A stretch of 64,000 nt of DNA from NCBI GenBank assembly GCA_002633005.1, contig NMRA01000054.1:1169535-1233534 (forward strand), read 5' to 3'. The notes beneath the pieces were generated by a model. That model saw only the letters and a list, made by a program, of their open reading frames with translations, was not told where the DNA came from and ran no database searches. Numbering within the stretch: position 1 is the first letter of the stretch; each line of letters starts with the position of its first letter. This document shows positions 12,341 through 24,729 of this stretch, piece by piece. The translations under genes and the position numbers were made by a program. This DNA comes from Phoronis australis. Lineage: Eukaryota; Animalia; Phoronida.

Positions 12341-13458
12341 CGTACCTCAAGACGCTATCAATCGACTGCAATTCCTTAATGCTTGCAAGGCATGTTAAAA
12401 TTCAATCAAGGAGCCAATCAAAGTTTTTGCGCTTCTGTGAAGTTGATGTGAGAGCCGTTCATGGTAATTAACCTACGTGTTGTTAAGTTTGCACTGTGTT
12501 AAGATGTTTCAATAGTTTGAGTGATAATGCGAATGTCGAACAGTTCTGTGTACCGTTGGTGGAAGGTACCAATGCCATCCCCTCATCAGCCCTAATTAAA
12601 CAACCCCCCTGCTCGTTACAAACGTTGCGCTGTCCTTAACCGCAACGACAAGGGTAACATATCTTGTGTGGAAAATGTAACCTCGTACATAAGCCATCGC
12701 AAAAGCGTGGGTCATTATGCACGTGAAATGAAAGCTTATGACCAAAATAGCGCAACGCCGTAGGATACTTTTCATGGGTCTGGCGTGTTTTGATAAAACC
12801 TATAGTTCTTTTTCAATTTCAATAATTTTGAATTACGTGAATTTTAGTTCTTTTCGAAATGTTAAAGCTTACCCTGATTTCGAAAAGACAACTTGCAATC
12901 CTTTGTCGTCACATAATCTATGAGCCTTCTAGTGTTTTGTGCCGCGCCTCGGTACTTGCAAATTTTCTGTGATATTCTATGTTTTCTGCAATCTAAATTG
13001 GTACTTAAGTGAGCAAGACCTTAATATGTTTTTGAAATCCTCTAACTCTATCCCTGGAAAGCCATCTTCGATCTCTAGCTGGTGAGATTGCGCAAGCATA
13101 GGTGGAATTCGTTTGCACTCATTTGTTGCGTGTTTGTTCTACGTATGGAACTTATTATCACTGAAACTTTTCGCAACTTCGGGGTTTTTCAACCGAATTT
13201 GCACAAAAGTCATATCACAAGAAAGCCCTTTTTCAGTTACTGATGGTCTAGGATTTTCCCAGAAGCTGATAATAAACAGTTTAAAGGAGAATACCACCCG
13301 ATTTAATTATTTTTTTGCCGTCTTAATCGGTCTATATCCACATCGCCTCGCATACGGTCGACCTTACATTGCCAAGAGGTGTCGCGTTAACCTGTGAGGA
13401 AGGTGAGAAACGACGCTAGCGACGTCAGCGGTTCATATGCAGAGGAGTGAATGCCGCT

Positions 13459-13649
13459 ATGTTGCGGTGCATCGTTCCCGCTTGTCCGAACTAAGCAGCT
13501 GCGAGGAAAGCGGGTAGGCCTATATCGTTTTTTTACTTCCTCTAGAGTCCGAAATGCTTAGGAAGTGGCTCATGGTAGTGAAGAATGAAATGTACGCAGT
13601 AAATAGCAAGTATGAGACCGTGAAACATCTCCGTGTCTGTGGCCTGCAG
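13459..13649 (+). pseudogene. THAP zinc-finger N-terminus of the Kolobok transposase
   Basis: MLRCIVPACPN*AAARKAG..SFF.LPLESEMLRKWL...KHLRVCGL: C-x4-C, P, W and VC of THAP. Truncated where the final His should be. Confidence 0.8.
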
Positions 13650-13684
13650 ACGTCGACAGCCGTGCCTTACGAATGCCGGCTTAC

Positions 13685-13860
13685 CAAATAACTCCATACG
13701 TTCCGTTGTCTGAGCTTGTTCACGGCGCCTCTCTAGTATTTCTTCATCACAGTATTCCTGTTCGAATTGATAGCCTGTAAAACTTATCGATCCACCTGCG
13801 AAGTCGGGACTGATGAGCTCTACCTCGTCCTAAGTCGGCTCGGGGATTGCGAGTTGCCAT
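13685..13860 (-). pseudogene. First exon of a KolX-like accessory gene
   Basis: ATG at 13860; GYQFEQEYCDEEILERRREQAQTTERMELF then a |gtaagc donor. YxFE(P/Q)+acidic is typical of KolX N-termini. Convergent with the THAP gene; same exon at 24163-24331 (+). Confidence 0.6.
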
Positions 13861-14179
13861 GTTGGCGTTTATTACAGCTGAGTGAGCGTTCTGTTTCAAA
13901 ATGAATTATTCTCACCCTAACGTAGAAAATATATCTGAAACTAAATAAGGCGATCCAGATCCTCCCAAGGATACTATTGTTTCGTGAAATGAAGAATATA
14001 AATCGGTAAATAAAACAACAAGAATGGATCAACTGAAATTTGAAATTTTCGGAGGTAACAACTTCCTTTATCAACAAAAACAGAAATAAAGTAAAATCAA
14101 ACACGAAATGACAATTGACATATAAGATATGGTGTAATGAAAATGATACATTTTTGCGTAAAAAATTCAATGACATATT

Positions 14180-16056
14180 TTAAGTTTTTATGTTCAATCC
14201 ATGAGGTTCTATTGTATTCAGTTTGTCTATCCAATATTGTTCTCTTTTAAGTCTGTGAGGGGTACTGGGGTGTTGGAGTTTTTCTATTATTTGTACAGAA
14301 ANCATGCTCACCAACAAGGATTATTTGTGTAGCAGTCAGATATAGTTCGTATGGATACACAGACACTCCACTGTCACATTGTCTTATGGTAAATAAGTAC
14401 TGCGATTCACATTTCTCCAGGGCCACTGACTTGCACATTGTGCCATGCAGCACTGCTGGTGTGTGGAAGTGCTGTGGGAACAGAACGGAGTAACAAAGCG
14501 TGTCTATGATACAGCTTGAAGTGGCCTTAAAATGTCACTGAACCTGGAATAAATATTGAAATATGAATAATTAAGTACTCCAGATTGGATCAAAAATGTC
14601 ATCCCTGTTTTTCAAAAATATATGGTGATTGGTCTACAGTTTCATATAAAAGTAAATAATTACTATTTTCAGAAACCAAGGGTGTATATAATGAGTATTG
14701 CATAAAACTGTCTCTTTATTTTTTATCCCTAGCCATAACAATTCTTTAAACGCATCACTTGTGTGTAAAATATACAAATTTTTTGAGACAACTTCAAACC
14801 TTTGTTACCCATTTTCAACCCTTTTTAAATTTGATACTTTCAGCAATTTTAAACTCAGATTACAGGTTCATGGGTCTGTCAAGCATACTTCTAGCCTAGG
14901 GTTGAGGGAACCGTTTTTCTTCTAATAGAAGATATAAAGTCATTTAAAAATGATGGATAATCTTTCTGTTGTTTAAGAGTAATTACAAATCGTAAGGCAC
15001 CATCAAAAATGCAATTTTCCCAAAAAAGGCAGTCATTTGAATTTATAACGACTTGCAACATTTCAAGGCATGATTTAAGACTATTCAGTCACTGTGAATT
15101 CAGAAAATGTAATATATTTTCGTGGTTTTACAAATGATACAAGTAGCAAAACAGTTTCATGAAATCAACTTGAAGGGACTTCGTGAAGGTTAAGAATTAC
15201 CTCACCATGCTCTTTTCCCCAAACATGTATTACCTGTTATTTCCACACATTCAGTTGTACCAAATATTACAACCCCCATGCCAATGCCCCCTCGGGACCT
15301 GAATAAGTAATTAACAAAATGACTTTAAAAATAGCTGTTCCTTTTCAAAGGCTTTGTCCGTTGTCTCCAATATTGAAAGTAGGCTTTGACAACAGATCTG
15401 CACAGGATGGGAAGATCTTGTTGGTTAGCTGCAGTCAAATGCTAAAAAACAATTTTTGTCCATTCAGGGACGGTACAGAAGCGATGCATATCTCCTCTGC
15501 ACGGTACAAGCCTTCAAACCTAAAAAACAAAGGTTACGTGAAAACTGACGTGATAGATTTCCATTTCAATGTGTAATAGATGTCCATAAGACATATGATA
15601 GGGAGTAAACAAATAGTCTAATGCAATGGATATTTATCACTCACGTACCCTTTGGCATTGGGATTGGATTGTAATCTTAACTCATTAACCTGTATCGAGT
15701 TGACAGCATAAACATTCAGCATTGATTGATGTAACTGTCACTGATAAACTTTTAGAAATCATCCCAAACAATAATAATGCTTTGATGTACGAAAAGATCC
15801 CGATTGTTACGTCAAGTATCGTATCACATATCACAGCATACAAAGATTAACCAGACTCTGGCTGGCGACTGACTGCCGCGAAATCGACATCGGCGAGTGC
15901 CTCAGTTAACAGGCATTGGTAGAATAATCATGGAATAATCGTTAAAATAATCACAAACCTTACCTTTGTATGAGGTCGTGCTTACTTCCTCTCATAGAAG
16001 CACCCCTTTTACGCAATCTCAGATTCAGTTGGCACGGCTTCAAGCCATTTCACCAT
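14180..16056 (-). pseudogene. Intron-containing SAP ... GIY-YIG-like gene remnant inside Kolobok copy A
   Basis: First exon (~16056-15964): NGLKPCQLNLRLRKRGASMRGSKHDLIQR|gtaagg (SAP). Last exon (~14544-14180): KCESQYLFTIRQC...LVGEH, then SVQIIEKLQHPSTPHRLKREQYWIDKLNTIEPHGLNIKT* (GIY-YIG C-terminal RE..WI..L.T..P.GLN). Exon-like blocks with splice signals lie between. Confidence 0.6.
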
Positions 16057-16539
16057 GTATTTAAAGGGCTCGCGAAATCGAGGCTGTAAATCTATCACCA
16101 CTAGTACACGCACGCCCTGTCGTTATTGTAGATTTTCCGAATAGCCCCATTGATACAAATTAGGTTGTTTTTTGAGTGGCATGCTCCTTTAATTCGTAAA
16201 TTACCTGCAAACATCTGGCGTAACGACGCCAGTCTTGTCGTCAAGTGGGAGCCCTTCTTCCTGGGCTGTTTCGACACCGTCTACAACAACATCCATTTGA
16301 GTCAGCTGAGATGATCAGTATGATCACAGAACTGTACATTAGAATTTTTATTTTATTCCTAGGCTAGTTCCCTTCAACAATTTCAGGGACGTCAGAGCTT
16401 TCCTTTCTCATGTAGCGTTTTTCATTCTCCACAACCACTGCGATGTTTTTTATACTTGAATAACTTGACTAGGAGCCGTATTGACATCTATCGGATAATA
16501 CGCTAACTAAATCATTGAATATCTCTCTTGGCGTTAAAG

Positions 16540-17080
16540 AAAACAACATTAACACAACTAAAAACACAAAAGAAAAGTAACGCGGGTATGTCTGTGGTGA
16601 AAAATCACTCATAATGTCTTAACCATGTGAAAATACATGGCAGTAAAAACAACAGTCCAATATAAAAGTCCTTCAAAGTTCGCATTACCAGTCTTGAAGG
16701 CGGTTTATTGGTCGTCCTGATCGCGTACGATATCGCTCTTGGACATCTGATGTTGGGGCAGGTTCTGTCGACATCACTGGACTGGCAGCGGGCTGTGGTT
16801 GGGGTGTACACCGAGGCGGATGTGGAACCAATGTGTCCTTCGTTGCTTCGTCGTTGGCATAGGATTTTCGCAGAAGCTGGCGATTGCACACAAAAGAGTA
16901 ACCACCTGAACGTCGCACCTCGTATTCTCTATTGGAAAGGCGTTTGGTTACAGTTGCGGGTTTCCATTTCAAATGAACTCGCTGAATGGGTTGCATACGA
17001 ACAGTTTCACATAGCTGGAGGATAAAAAAGTCTCTTCGGTGTGGATTAAGGCGGTCAGCAGTAAATGACTTCTTTTTTTT
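16540..17080 (-). mobile_element. Gypsy pol 3' end fragment
   Basis: VRMQP...WKPATVTKRLSNREYEV...NRQLLRKS...YRTRSGRPINRLQDW*, a typical Gypsy integrase tail. Confidence 0.8.
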
Positions 17081-17084
17081 CACT

Positions 17085-19490
17085 GCGGTGTTTTTTCAGC
17101 CTGGTAACCCAAGTCATCCACAAATCTCTTCCTCTCCCTCCCTGTCATAGCCAGCATATGTAGCGCCCGCCAAACATATTGACCTACGAAACATCTTCCA
17201 CGGGAAAACAGCTCATTGTCCAGCCGTTCTTCGGCCGCCTCTCGACCTGATCTTGGTATTTTTCGTGAGATTCTTCATACGCTCCTCCCACGGCACAGTC
17301 AACACCAGCAGCATCACTTGCTTGGTTAGTCTTAACGACATTACTATGTTTGGACGAAGGGTTGTCTCGAATACTTCGGATGGAAAACCAGTCCCTTGTG
17401 CACACCCACTGCCAACTTCCCATCCCCTGCTGTACCCAAAATGCCGCTTCTCTAATGTTATTGCTTCCCAGCGTTACGCCCTTCGCGTACGAAACCAGTG
17501 AATATTGGGCCTCTTGTCACCCTACGGTCCTTCTTCAGCTTCTTCTCTAGGTCTTCTCTCACCACTGCTAAGACTTTGTCGTGTCTCCAAGTGTACCCCC
17601 CCCTCATGAAAGAGCCACTGGCCATGACAACACGTGCTCTACATTTGCTGGTGCTTTGCACAATCCACGTGAGGTATCCTCTGCGAAAGCCCATGTACAC
17701 AGGTTTGTTGGGCTTGGTAATACACCATACACAGATCTCAGCACAAACTTCAACACACCTTCCTGTATTGCTCAGATTTCCTGCCACTTGAGGCTTCTCT
17801 GCTTGGATCCCTGTCAGTCGAGCCAGTTCCCTTGCTGTTTCATTCCTACTGCTTTAACGACCCTGTCTTCTTCCTCCATAGCTCTTACTTGCTGTCGGAC
17901 CTTTCCTCGATTCTCCCTCGCACTTTAAGAGCTCCAGCGTGGTTGCGGTATTAGTCCATGTCCTTGACAGCCTTTTGCTAGCGTGACCACCACGCCACTG
18001 TATCTAAGTTTCTGCTCAACTAGATCTACTGTTCAGTTGTTGGTTACTTTCTTTGTCACAACTTTGGTTTTGTCTCTCGAGATCTTCTCATCTCTGCTGT
18101 TTGAAAGTCATCACTTGATGCACCTTCCCAAACTTATATTCTTTTCCCACTGACCTCAGTGGCAACTGAAGTTTGGACACTGTAGAAAAAAATCCTATGC
18201 TGCAGAAAATCCTCGGTACTCTAAGTCATCTCAGGCAAGCACGTCACATTGTTGTCTGTCTTAGACAATGGCACGTCGTAAAACTATAGGGACAGCAATA
18301 TTTGAGATAATACAGCGTGCTGGCATATCCAGGTCTTGGTTGGAAGGTCGCACTTGTCCTCCAAAGTCACCCACTTCTCCACCTAACCTCGAACAGCTGA
18401 CACGTTGACGTCGTCCTAAGGGTACAGACAAACCACTTTCATCGGCTTTTTTACTGATTTCTTGAACACTGTTGGTATGATGTCGCCACCGATTACGAAG
18501 CGCTCGTTAGTCACCATTTCATTCTTCAGCACTAAGCTTCTCGATTTTAGTGCTTTAAACTTCATCCTCGCCCAGTCCTTAAGGTTATCTAACACCCATT
18601 TCCTATTAATAAATGTGTTCGTTGTTATTGTCATATTCTCCACGGATGCTCTAGTTGGTAGTTGTCGAACTCCTGATTCCATCCAAGGCCCTCTGCACTT
18701 CTTTGAACTAACTTCACCAACAGAATCATTGCTGCTAAAAACTATATCACAGATACTGTGCAACCTGTAACGATTGTGACGTGTAGTCTCTGTCAACTTG
18801 TTTTTAGTCATTAACCGACAATGTCATTTTGAAATGTAGAAACGACCTTGCAACATCACTTGGATCTTATGTTGAATCTTGTACATCTATAGAGTAAGCA
18901 TCACGGGCTTGTGTGGAATTGAGCCGTACGCATTTGCAAGATCTAGCCATAACACAACCAAGTCTGACTTATTCTCTTTTGCTTCTTTGACGATCTGGGT
19001 CAGTACACCTCTGTGCTCCAGGCACCCCAATATTCCCAGCGACGCCACCTATCTAAATTGTTATATCGATGTAGTTGTTCGCCATCATACTCAGTTGTTA
19101 TTTCTGCCTCAACTGCCAAAAATATCGTCCCTTCTACTACATTCAACAACGAGATGGTCCTGAACTGTTGCAACCCATGAGTATTTTATTCTTTGGCATA
19201 AAGCTTCCTTCTACATTGTAGACGTGTTCCGCTTGCTGTCCCCGTCTCCAAAGCACTCTAAAGAGTTTGCACAATGTTCTTCTTAACTTAGGACAGCACA
19301 TGTACAATTTCCAGCGCACTTTGCTTGGCTAGCTCTTCTTGCTCTTAAACTCCTGCTATTTGAAACCCCCTTTCAGTTGTTTCAAGTCACGTCTGATTTC
19401 AGCTATCTCTGTATATATCCTGTTCTTCTGGTGTCGCCCTCTACCACTCCTGCGTTGTAAATCAAAGTTTTTGGTGCCTTCACGTTTCCT
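17085..19490 (-). mobile_element. Degenerate Hero-type (restriction-like endonuclease) non-LTR retrotransposon
   Basis: GGYTWRHDKVLAVV (zinc-knuckle/RHD motif), LTVPWE, KYQ...GW...FPVEDV (RLE domain) and WARMKFKALKSRSLVLK (RT thumb). Confidence 0.88.
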
Positions 19491-19819
19491 AAATAATTAT
19501 ATCGCAAATATGACAGGTTTAAAAATATTCGTTTATGATATTCTAAGAACCAAAAATATTATAAAAATACGAATAAAACCATGGCGTAATAGTAACATAA
19601 AAACGAAATGAACCAGAGAGATTATATTAAGAACTAGTTATACCAGCAAGGAAATAATTTGCATGATCCTAACTATTTCTGCCATATAAAGGCAAAGATT
19701 TTAGAATATGGATCTCAAAATTACTGTGAAGAATTTAGTCAGACATTCATACAAAATAATTCATCTTTATATTTTAATTGAACCTACTAATAAAAAAATA
19801 ATTGCAGGCGATCTCATAC

Positions 19820-20135
19820 TGCAAAAAGAAAATGAACTTGTTCAAATTTTTGACTTGGTCGACCACTTTGTCGATGTTCAACACTAAGGATCTATTTCAA
19901 TGACCATGAAACATTCCTGTTAACAAGGGGCTGAGACTAATTGGCCATTCACTTTGGGTCTATCCCTGGCTCTCGACGAATATTTTGAACTTTTCCAGGC
20001 AGTTTACTGCTTTTCGTCAAACTTGGGCAGTTTAGGTTTGACGCCACCAGTTGTCCTCGCAGGGTTACTCTCAGCTGCAACCTGATTGGATTTCCGAGAT
20101 GCTAGCATCCTCTCATTTTCCATTCTTTCTCGCTC
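19820..20135 (-). mobile_element. Gypsy gag relic
   Basis: KPKLPKFDEK...WPISLSPLLTG matches the Gypsy gag LPxF..WxxxLxxLLTG motif. Confidence 0.65.
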
Positions 20136-20138
20136 ATA

Positions 20139-22790
20139 TGTGGTCCGACAATGGCCAAAAATAATAATATTAAGATTCGCAGTCTATTTTTACATTACAT
20201 TTATCCGAAATTTCGACCACAGTTCGATCGCAAACTAATATGACTGACACAACTACGTACACTGCCGCTAGAAACATCACTGGATATTTATATAACAAAA
20301 GACATTGAGACGACGGCGACTGTCGTAACAAGGTAACTAGACTGAAAACTCGAATGAAACGAACTAAAATGGTTCAGCTGTAGTAATAATAATCTTAACT
20401 TAAGTCTCTGCCCTATAACATCCCCCCTCTTAATGGGCAACCCATCGACACAAAGTCCAAGATCAACGTGGCTCACAGTTCAACGCCAAAAGTCAGATCT
20501 TCGTAACCGGTCTTACTAGCACCTTTTTCCCAACTCTAATCTTGATAGACCGGACATGTCCATCTGTTCCATGGTAGACTTTGATGACTCGTCCCAGAGG
20601 CCAATGTGCTCTTGGCGAATCTGGAAGAAGACCTGGAACGACGTCGTCAATCTTGATTTGTTTTTTTAAGAATGCCACCAGTCGGCATCACGATTCAATG
20701 TTGGCAACCAAACTCGAAGCCAATGACTCCAAGAATGCCTTACCAAGTCTTGAACTCGTCTCCAACTGATTCTTAAGCTTAAGTGTGCAGCATCTACCGA
20801 CTCTGGCGCGAACTCACCACCAACCTGGTCAAACAAAAGGTGATTTGGCGTCAATGGGACATCATCTGATGGGTGAGACGACTGGTAACTTAATAGCCGC
20901 GAGTTTATGAATGCCTCAGCTCCAGTAAACGCCGTGACTAATTCTTCATCTGCAATAAGCCTGTGAAAGTGTATCATAGGTAGCTCGTTTCTCAGCCTTG
21001 ATGATGGTGTTATGTACTCATCCAAAGCAGAGTCAAGGGTCGGTTGGAACGCCATTGTATTCTTTTTGTCTGCTGATCTGTCGATGATGTCTTTGTCTAG
21101 CTTGTTTCCAAGCTCTCGTTCGTCTCCAATGAAGTTACTTCCGTTGTCTGACAAAACCTATAGCGATCGACCACTTCTATTCACCGTGCGAAAGAAAGCG
21201 TTCAAAAATAAGTCAATGTTCATAGTGTAAGACATCTCTAAATTGACGGCTCTAGATAACAAGCATGTGAAGAAGCATAAAAAACGCTTGATTCTTCGCA
21301 TAATCAACTGCGACTCTTGCAAAGGCTCACAGTTGCAAAATCAGTCGAATATTCGGAAGTGGTGTCATGATCTGAGAGGCATATCCAGCCTCGCGTCTTC
21401 GACACCCATAACACGCTCTTTCCCATTCACAAATCTGTCCCCTGTCTTGCAATATCCAGAAGCGGTGCCACAGTGAATCCAATGTCTGGTAAGTTCCTGC
21501 CTTATGATATCCCTTTCTCGTGAAGATACTTTACAAGTACCTTAGTCGTGCAGCTCTTCCTGGGCAGCATGCACCAATCGACCATTCGATCACAGTACAC
21601 CATCATCATTATGCTTCAGTTAGGATTTTAAAGTTCTGCTCCTGAAATCTGTTGATTCCTCAACTCTCCATGCCATCTGAGTTGCACAGGCACCTGACAG
21701 TTGTTTAGAAAACTACGAGCCCACGCCCGAACTCACAACAGTCTTTGCCAGCTAGAAAGCCTCTCAGGCTGAGTCTCCAAGTTCCATCTTTGACGACCGA
21801 TAATATGACATGGTTGCTTTTCGAGCTCGGGGAAATCTTGGTCTCATGCCACTCTGACTGTTATAGCTTCAAGAACCCAGGACCGTTCCACCACAGCATA
21901 CTTCTCCTTGGATCTTGAAAGGACATTCCTCTTGTTGTTAGATCTGCTGGATATACATAATACATAATACATGCTTAGCTAAGTGCTAATACATCCTGGG
22001 CCTAGTCTCCTGGTTCTGTACTCATACCCATATTCATACTCGAGATTTCATACTTGAAATCCGGCTCACTAGAGTCATATTCGAAAAAGCGTATTTCATG
22101 TCGCATTTCAAATAGACTCAAGGCTGTTTAAAACATGGAACTGTGCCGCAACTTTTTTAAATTACTGCTTCGCTCTTCTGAAAGACGATGTTTTGCTGTT
22201 GCACTGGCAAAATCTGTCAACCTTGAATCACCATAAAGCGTAAATGTGGCAAAAATGCACTTTAGCTTGGTTGAACTGGTATTCGCTTGGCAGCTTCGCC
22301 TGATCAATATCTCTGCACAGGGATGTGTGGTACCATCTTGCTAGCGGTTATTCCGATGCGTCGATATATCTCTGCTATGTCACAGACGAGTGCAACTTGA
22401 AATCGACGAAATCGATTCAGCACGTCAAACAAATCTCGCTGCAATCTTGGCCCCTTGTGTATCATGTTGTTCAAACACGATGCGAACTTCGACCATATTC
22501 TTGTCTGGACGCACGATCGGGAAATGTAGCAAATATCAAACGTCTTTTCTTGCTTTTTCTTCGATGGAAGTAGACGACTCCCTGTTTGAGACGTATCATT
22601 TCCTCATCGTCTTCGAATATTTACTTCTTTTGTTTAGATCTATCTTCAATCGACTTTCTGTGTGTTCTTTAATCTCTTCATTACAGTGTTGTAATTATCA
22701 GGCAAGTCTTGTCTGTTCTTCTTCCATGACATCATAGACTATAGTACATGGACCGCCAAATCCGTATACTTTCAATGGACGAAATCTGTG
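20139..22790 (-). mobile_element. BEL/Pao LTR retrotransposon (deleted pol, integrase, PPT, 3' LTR)
   Basis: SDNGSNFIG, AEAFINSRLL..PLTPNHLL and WPLGRVIKVYHGTDGHVRS..LVRPVTKI are BEL integrase hallmarks. Polypurine tract aagagggggga (20421-20431, minus) is followed by a TG...CA LTR at ~20420-20139 with a TATA box. Confidence 0.9.
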
Positions 22791-22829
22791 ATCTTACGCA
22801 TAAGCCCATACGTCATTATCCACTGGCGA

Positions 22830-23012
22830 CACCTGACTAAATTTTCTGTTGTTCGGCCACACAGGCGAAATGTTAGCTTTCATACCATCCGAAGATCCCA
22901 TAATCGGCTGTGGGAAGAAAAGCTTATTTCTCGTGTCAACGTGAATGGCAGTTGTTTCAGCAATAAGACTTTATGCATTTGTTCTGAATGGCACTTTGAA
23001 GATGAACGTTTT
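22830..23012 (+). pseudogene. Isolated THAP-domain relic
   Basis: NVSFHTI...LWEEKLISRVN...NKTLCICSE(W)HFEDERF shows the THAP motifs SFH, W and ICSxHF. Confidence 0.7.
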
Positions 23013-23037
23013 TAAGAGGCTCTGGTAGGCCTACTAC

Positions 23038-24729
23038 TTAAAGGAGCATGCCACCCAAAAACAAGCTAATTTGTATCAATTTAGGTCGAGTAGTTCTACT
23101 CCATAACGACACGTACGGTTGCGTTACCTGACACCTGACGGCAGACGGAGGTGTTGAAATTATCCAATGAAGTCATCGGTTTCACATGCAGTCTGTTCAG
23201 CAGTTCACAACACGGGTTACTGGTGTCAGCTTATCGCTTGAAGTCTTCGTTTAACACCAATAAATCATCAAACTTCGATGTAAAACCATGAAAAATACAC
23301 CGAGCTCTTATAAAAACGTGTTGTTTTATTTCGCTCTTACGGATTTAATGGTATTTGGACACACCGTAGCCTACAAAATTCGGCAGGCCAGTAAGGTCAG
23401 TAGCAGGAGTTTGGGGTCTGTTCGCAAATGATTTCGAAGTATTCTCCGTGAGATACAGACAAGAGAACCCAGATCTGTGTTGTTTAGACTTGTGACTTTT
23501 TGAGTTCTAAACACCAAACGCTTGTTATCCTGGCCAGTGGGTCGGAGCCCGATCAGTCCCGTAGCGGCCGGCCGGATTGACTCGGTCCCGGCCAGTGGCT
23601 CGGAAACTAATCAGACATCACGAACATAAACCAGCCAAAATTCAGTGGAAACTAAACTTCCAGTCAAGAAAATACTCTACTAGTGAGCCAAAGTAATGTG
23701 CACGTGATTATGTTGGTGAATTAGCCACGAAACTGCAAATCTACTTACTCGTCGGGGGCCGCGAATTAAGGTTCCACTTTGGTCACAGCACCGTTAGGAC
23801 AGAAGTTAAACATTGACAATCATTATTTCAGTAATGTAAATGTAAATAAAGATTCCCCTAAAACTTGGCCGTAGGATGGAAATCGAGTTGTTTCACAACA
23901 GTTTCTGCCAGCAAACACTAAATTAGCATGAGCTCACACGGCCTCGGCGTCCCGTCAATTAGTTTTATTGCACCTAAAGACGGTAACGCAGTGATTTATT
24001 CATTGCTGGCTTCTCAAATCATTTGCACTCACGAACACTCCAAAGGCATTACAAATTGCATCTAATGAGACAGACTTTGTTTCAGTTTTATATAAGTATT
24101 GGTTAGGGTGAGAATAATTCATTTTGAAACAGAACGCTCACTCAGCTGTAATAAACGCCAACATGGCAACTCGCAATCCGACTTAGGACGAGCTAGAGCT
24201 CATCGGTTCCGACTTCGCAGGTGGATCGTTAAGTTTTACAGGCTATCAATTCGAACAGGAATAGAGTGATGAAGAAATACTAGAGAGGCGCCGTGAACAA
24301 GCTCAGACAATGGAACGTATGGAGTTATTTGGTGAGCCGGCATTCGTCAGGCAATGTCGACGTCTGCAGGCCACAGACACGAAGATGTTTCACGGCCTCA
24401 TACTTGCTGTTTACAGCGTACATTTCACTCTTAACTACTTTGAGCCACTTTCTAAGCATTTCGGACTCTCGAGGAAGTAAAAAAAAAAACGATATACCCG
24501 CTTTCCTCGCAGCTGCTTAGTTTGCACAAGCGGGAACGATGCATCGCGACATAGCGGCATTCACTCTGCATATGAACCACTGACATCGCTAGCGTTGTTT
24601 CTCACCTTCCTCACAGCTTAACGCGACACCTCTTGGCAAGATAAGGTCGATCGTATGCGAGGCGATGTGGAAATAGACCGATTACGACGGCAAAAAAGAC
24701 TAATTAAATCGGGTGGCATTCTCCTTTAA
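23038..24729 (-). mobile_element. Non-autonomous Kolobok element (copy B)
   Basis: TTAA at both ends (23038-41, 24726-29); TIRs aggagcatgccaccc / gggtggcattctcct. 24103-24729 is the close reverse complement of 13281-13921, and 23038-23610 matches copy C. Confidence 0.9.

Larger units (their letters stand above)
13281..16192 (+). mobile_element. Kolobok DNA transposon, internally deleted (copy A)
   Basis: TTAA flanks at 13281-13284 and 16189-16192. Termini aggagaataccaccc / gagtggcatgctcct are imperfect TIRs. Contains a THAP remnant (+) and a KolX-like exon (-). Confidence 0.85.
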
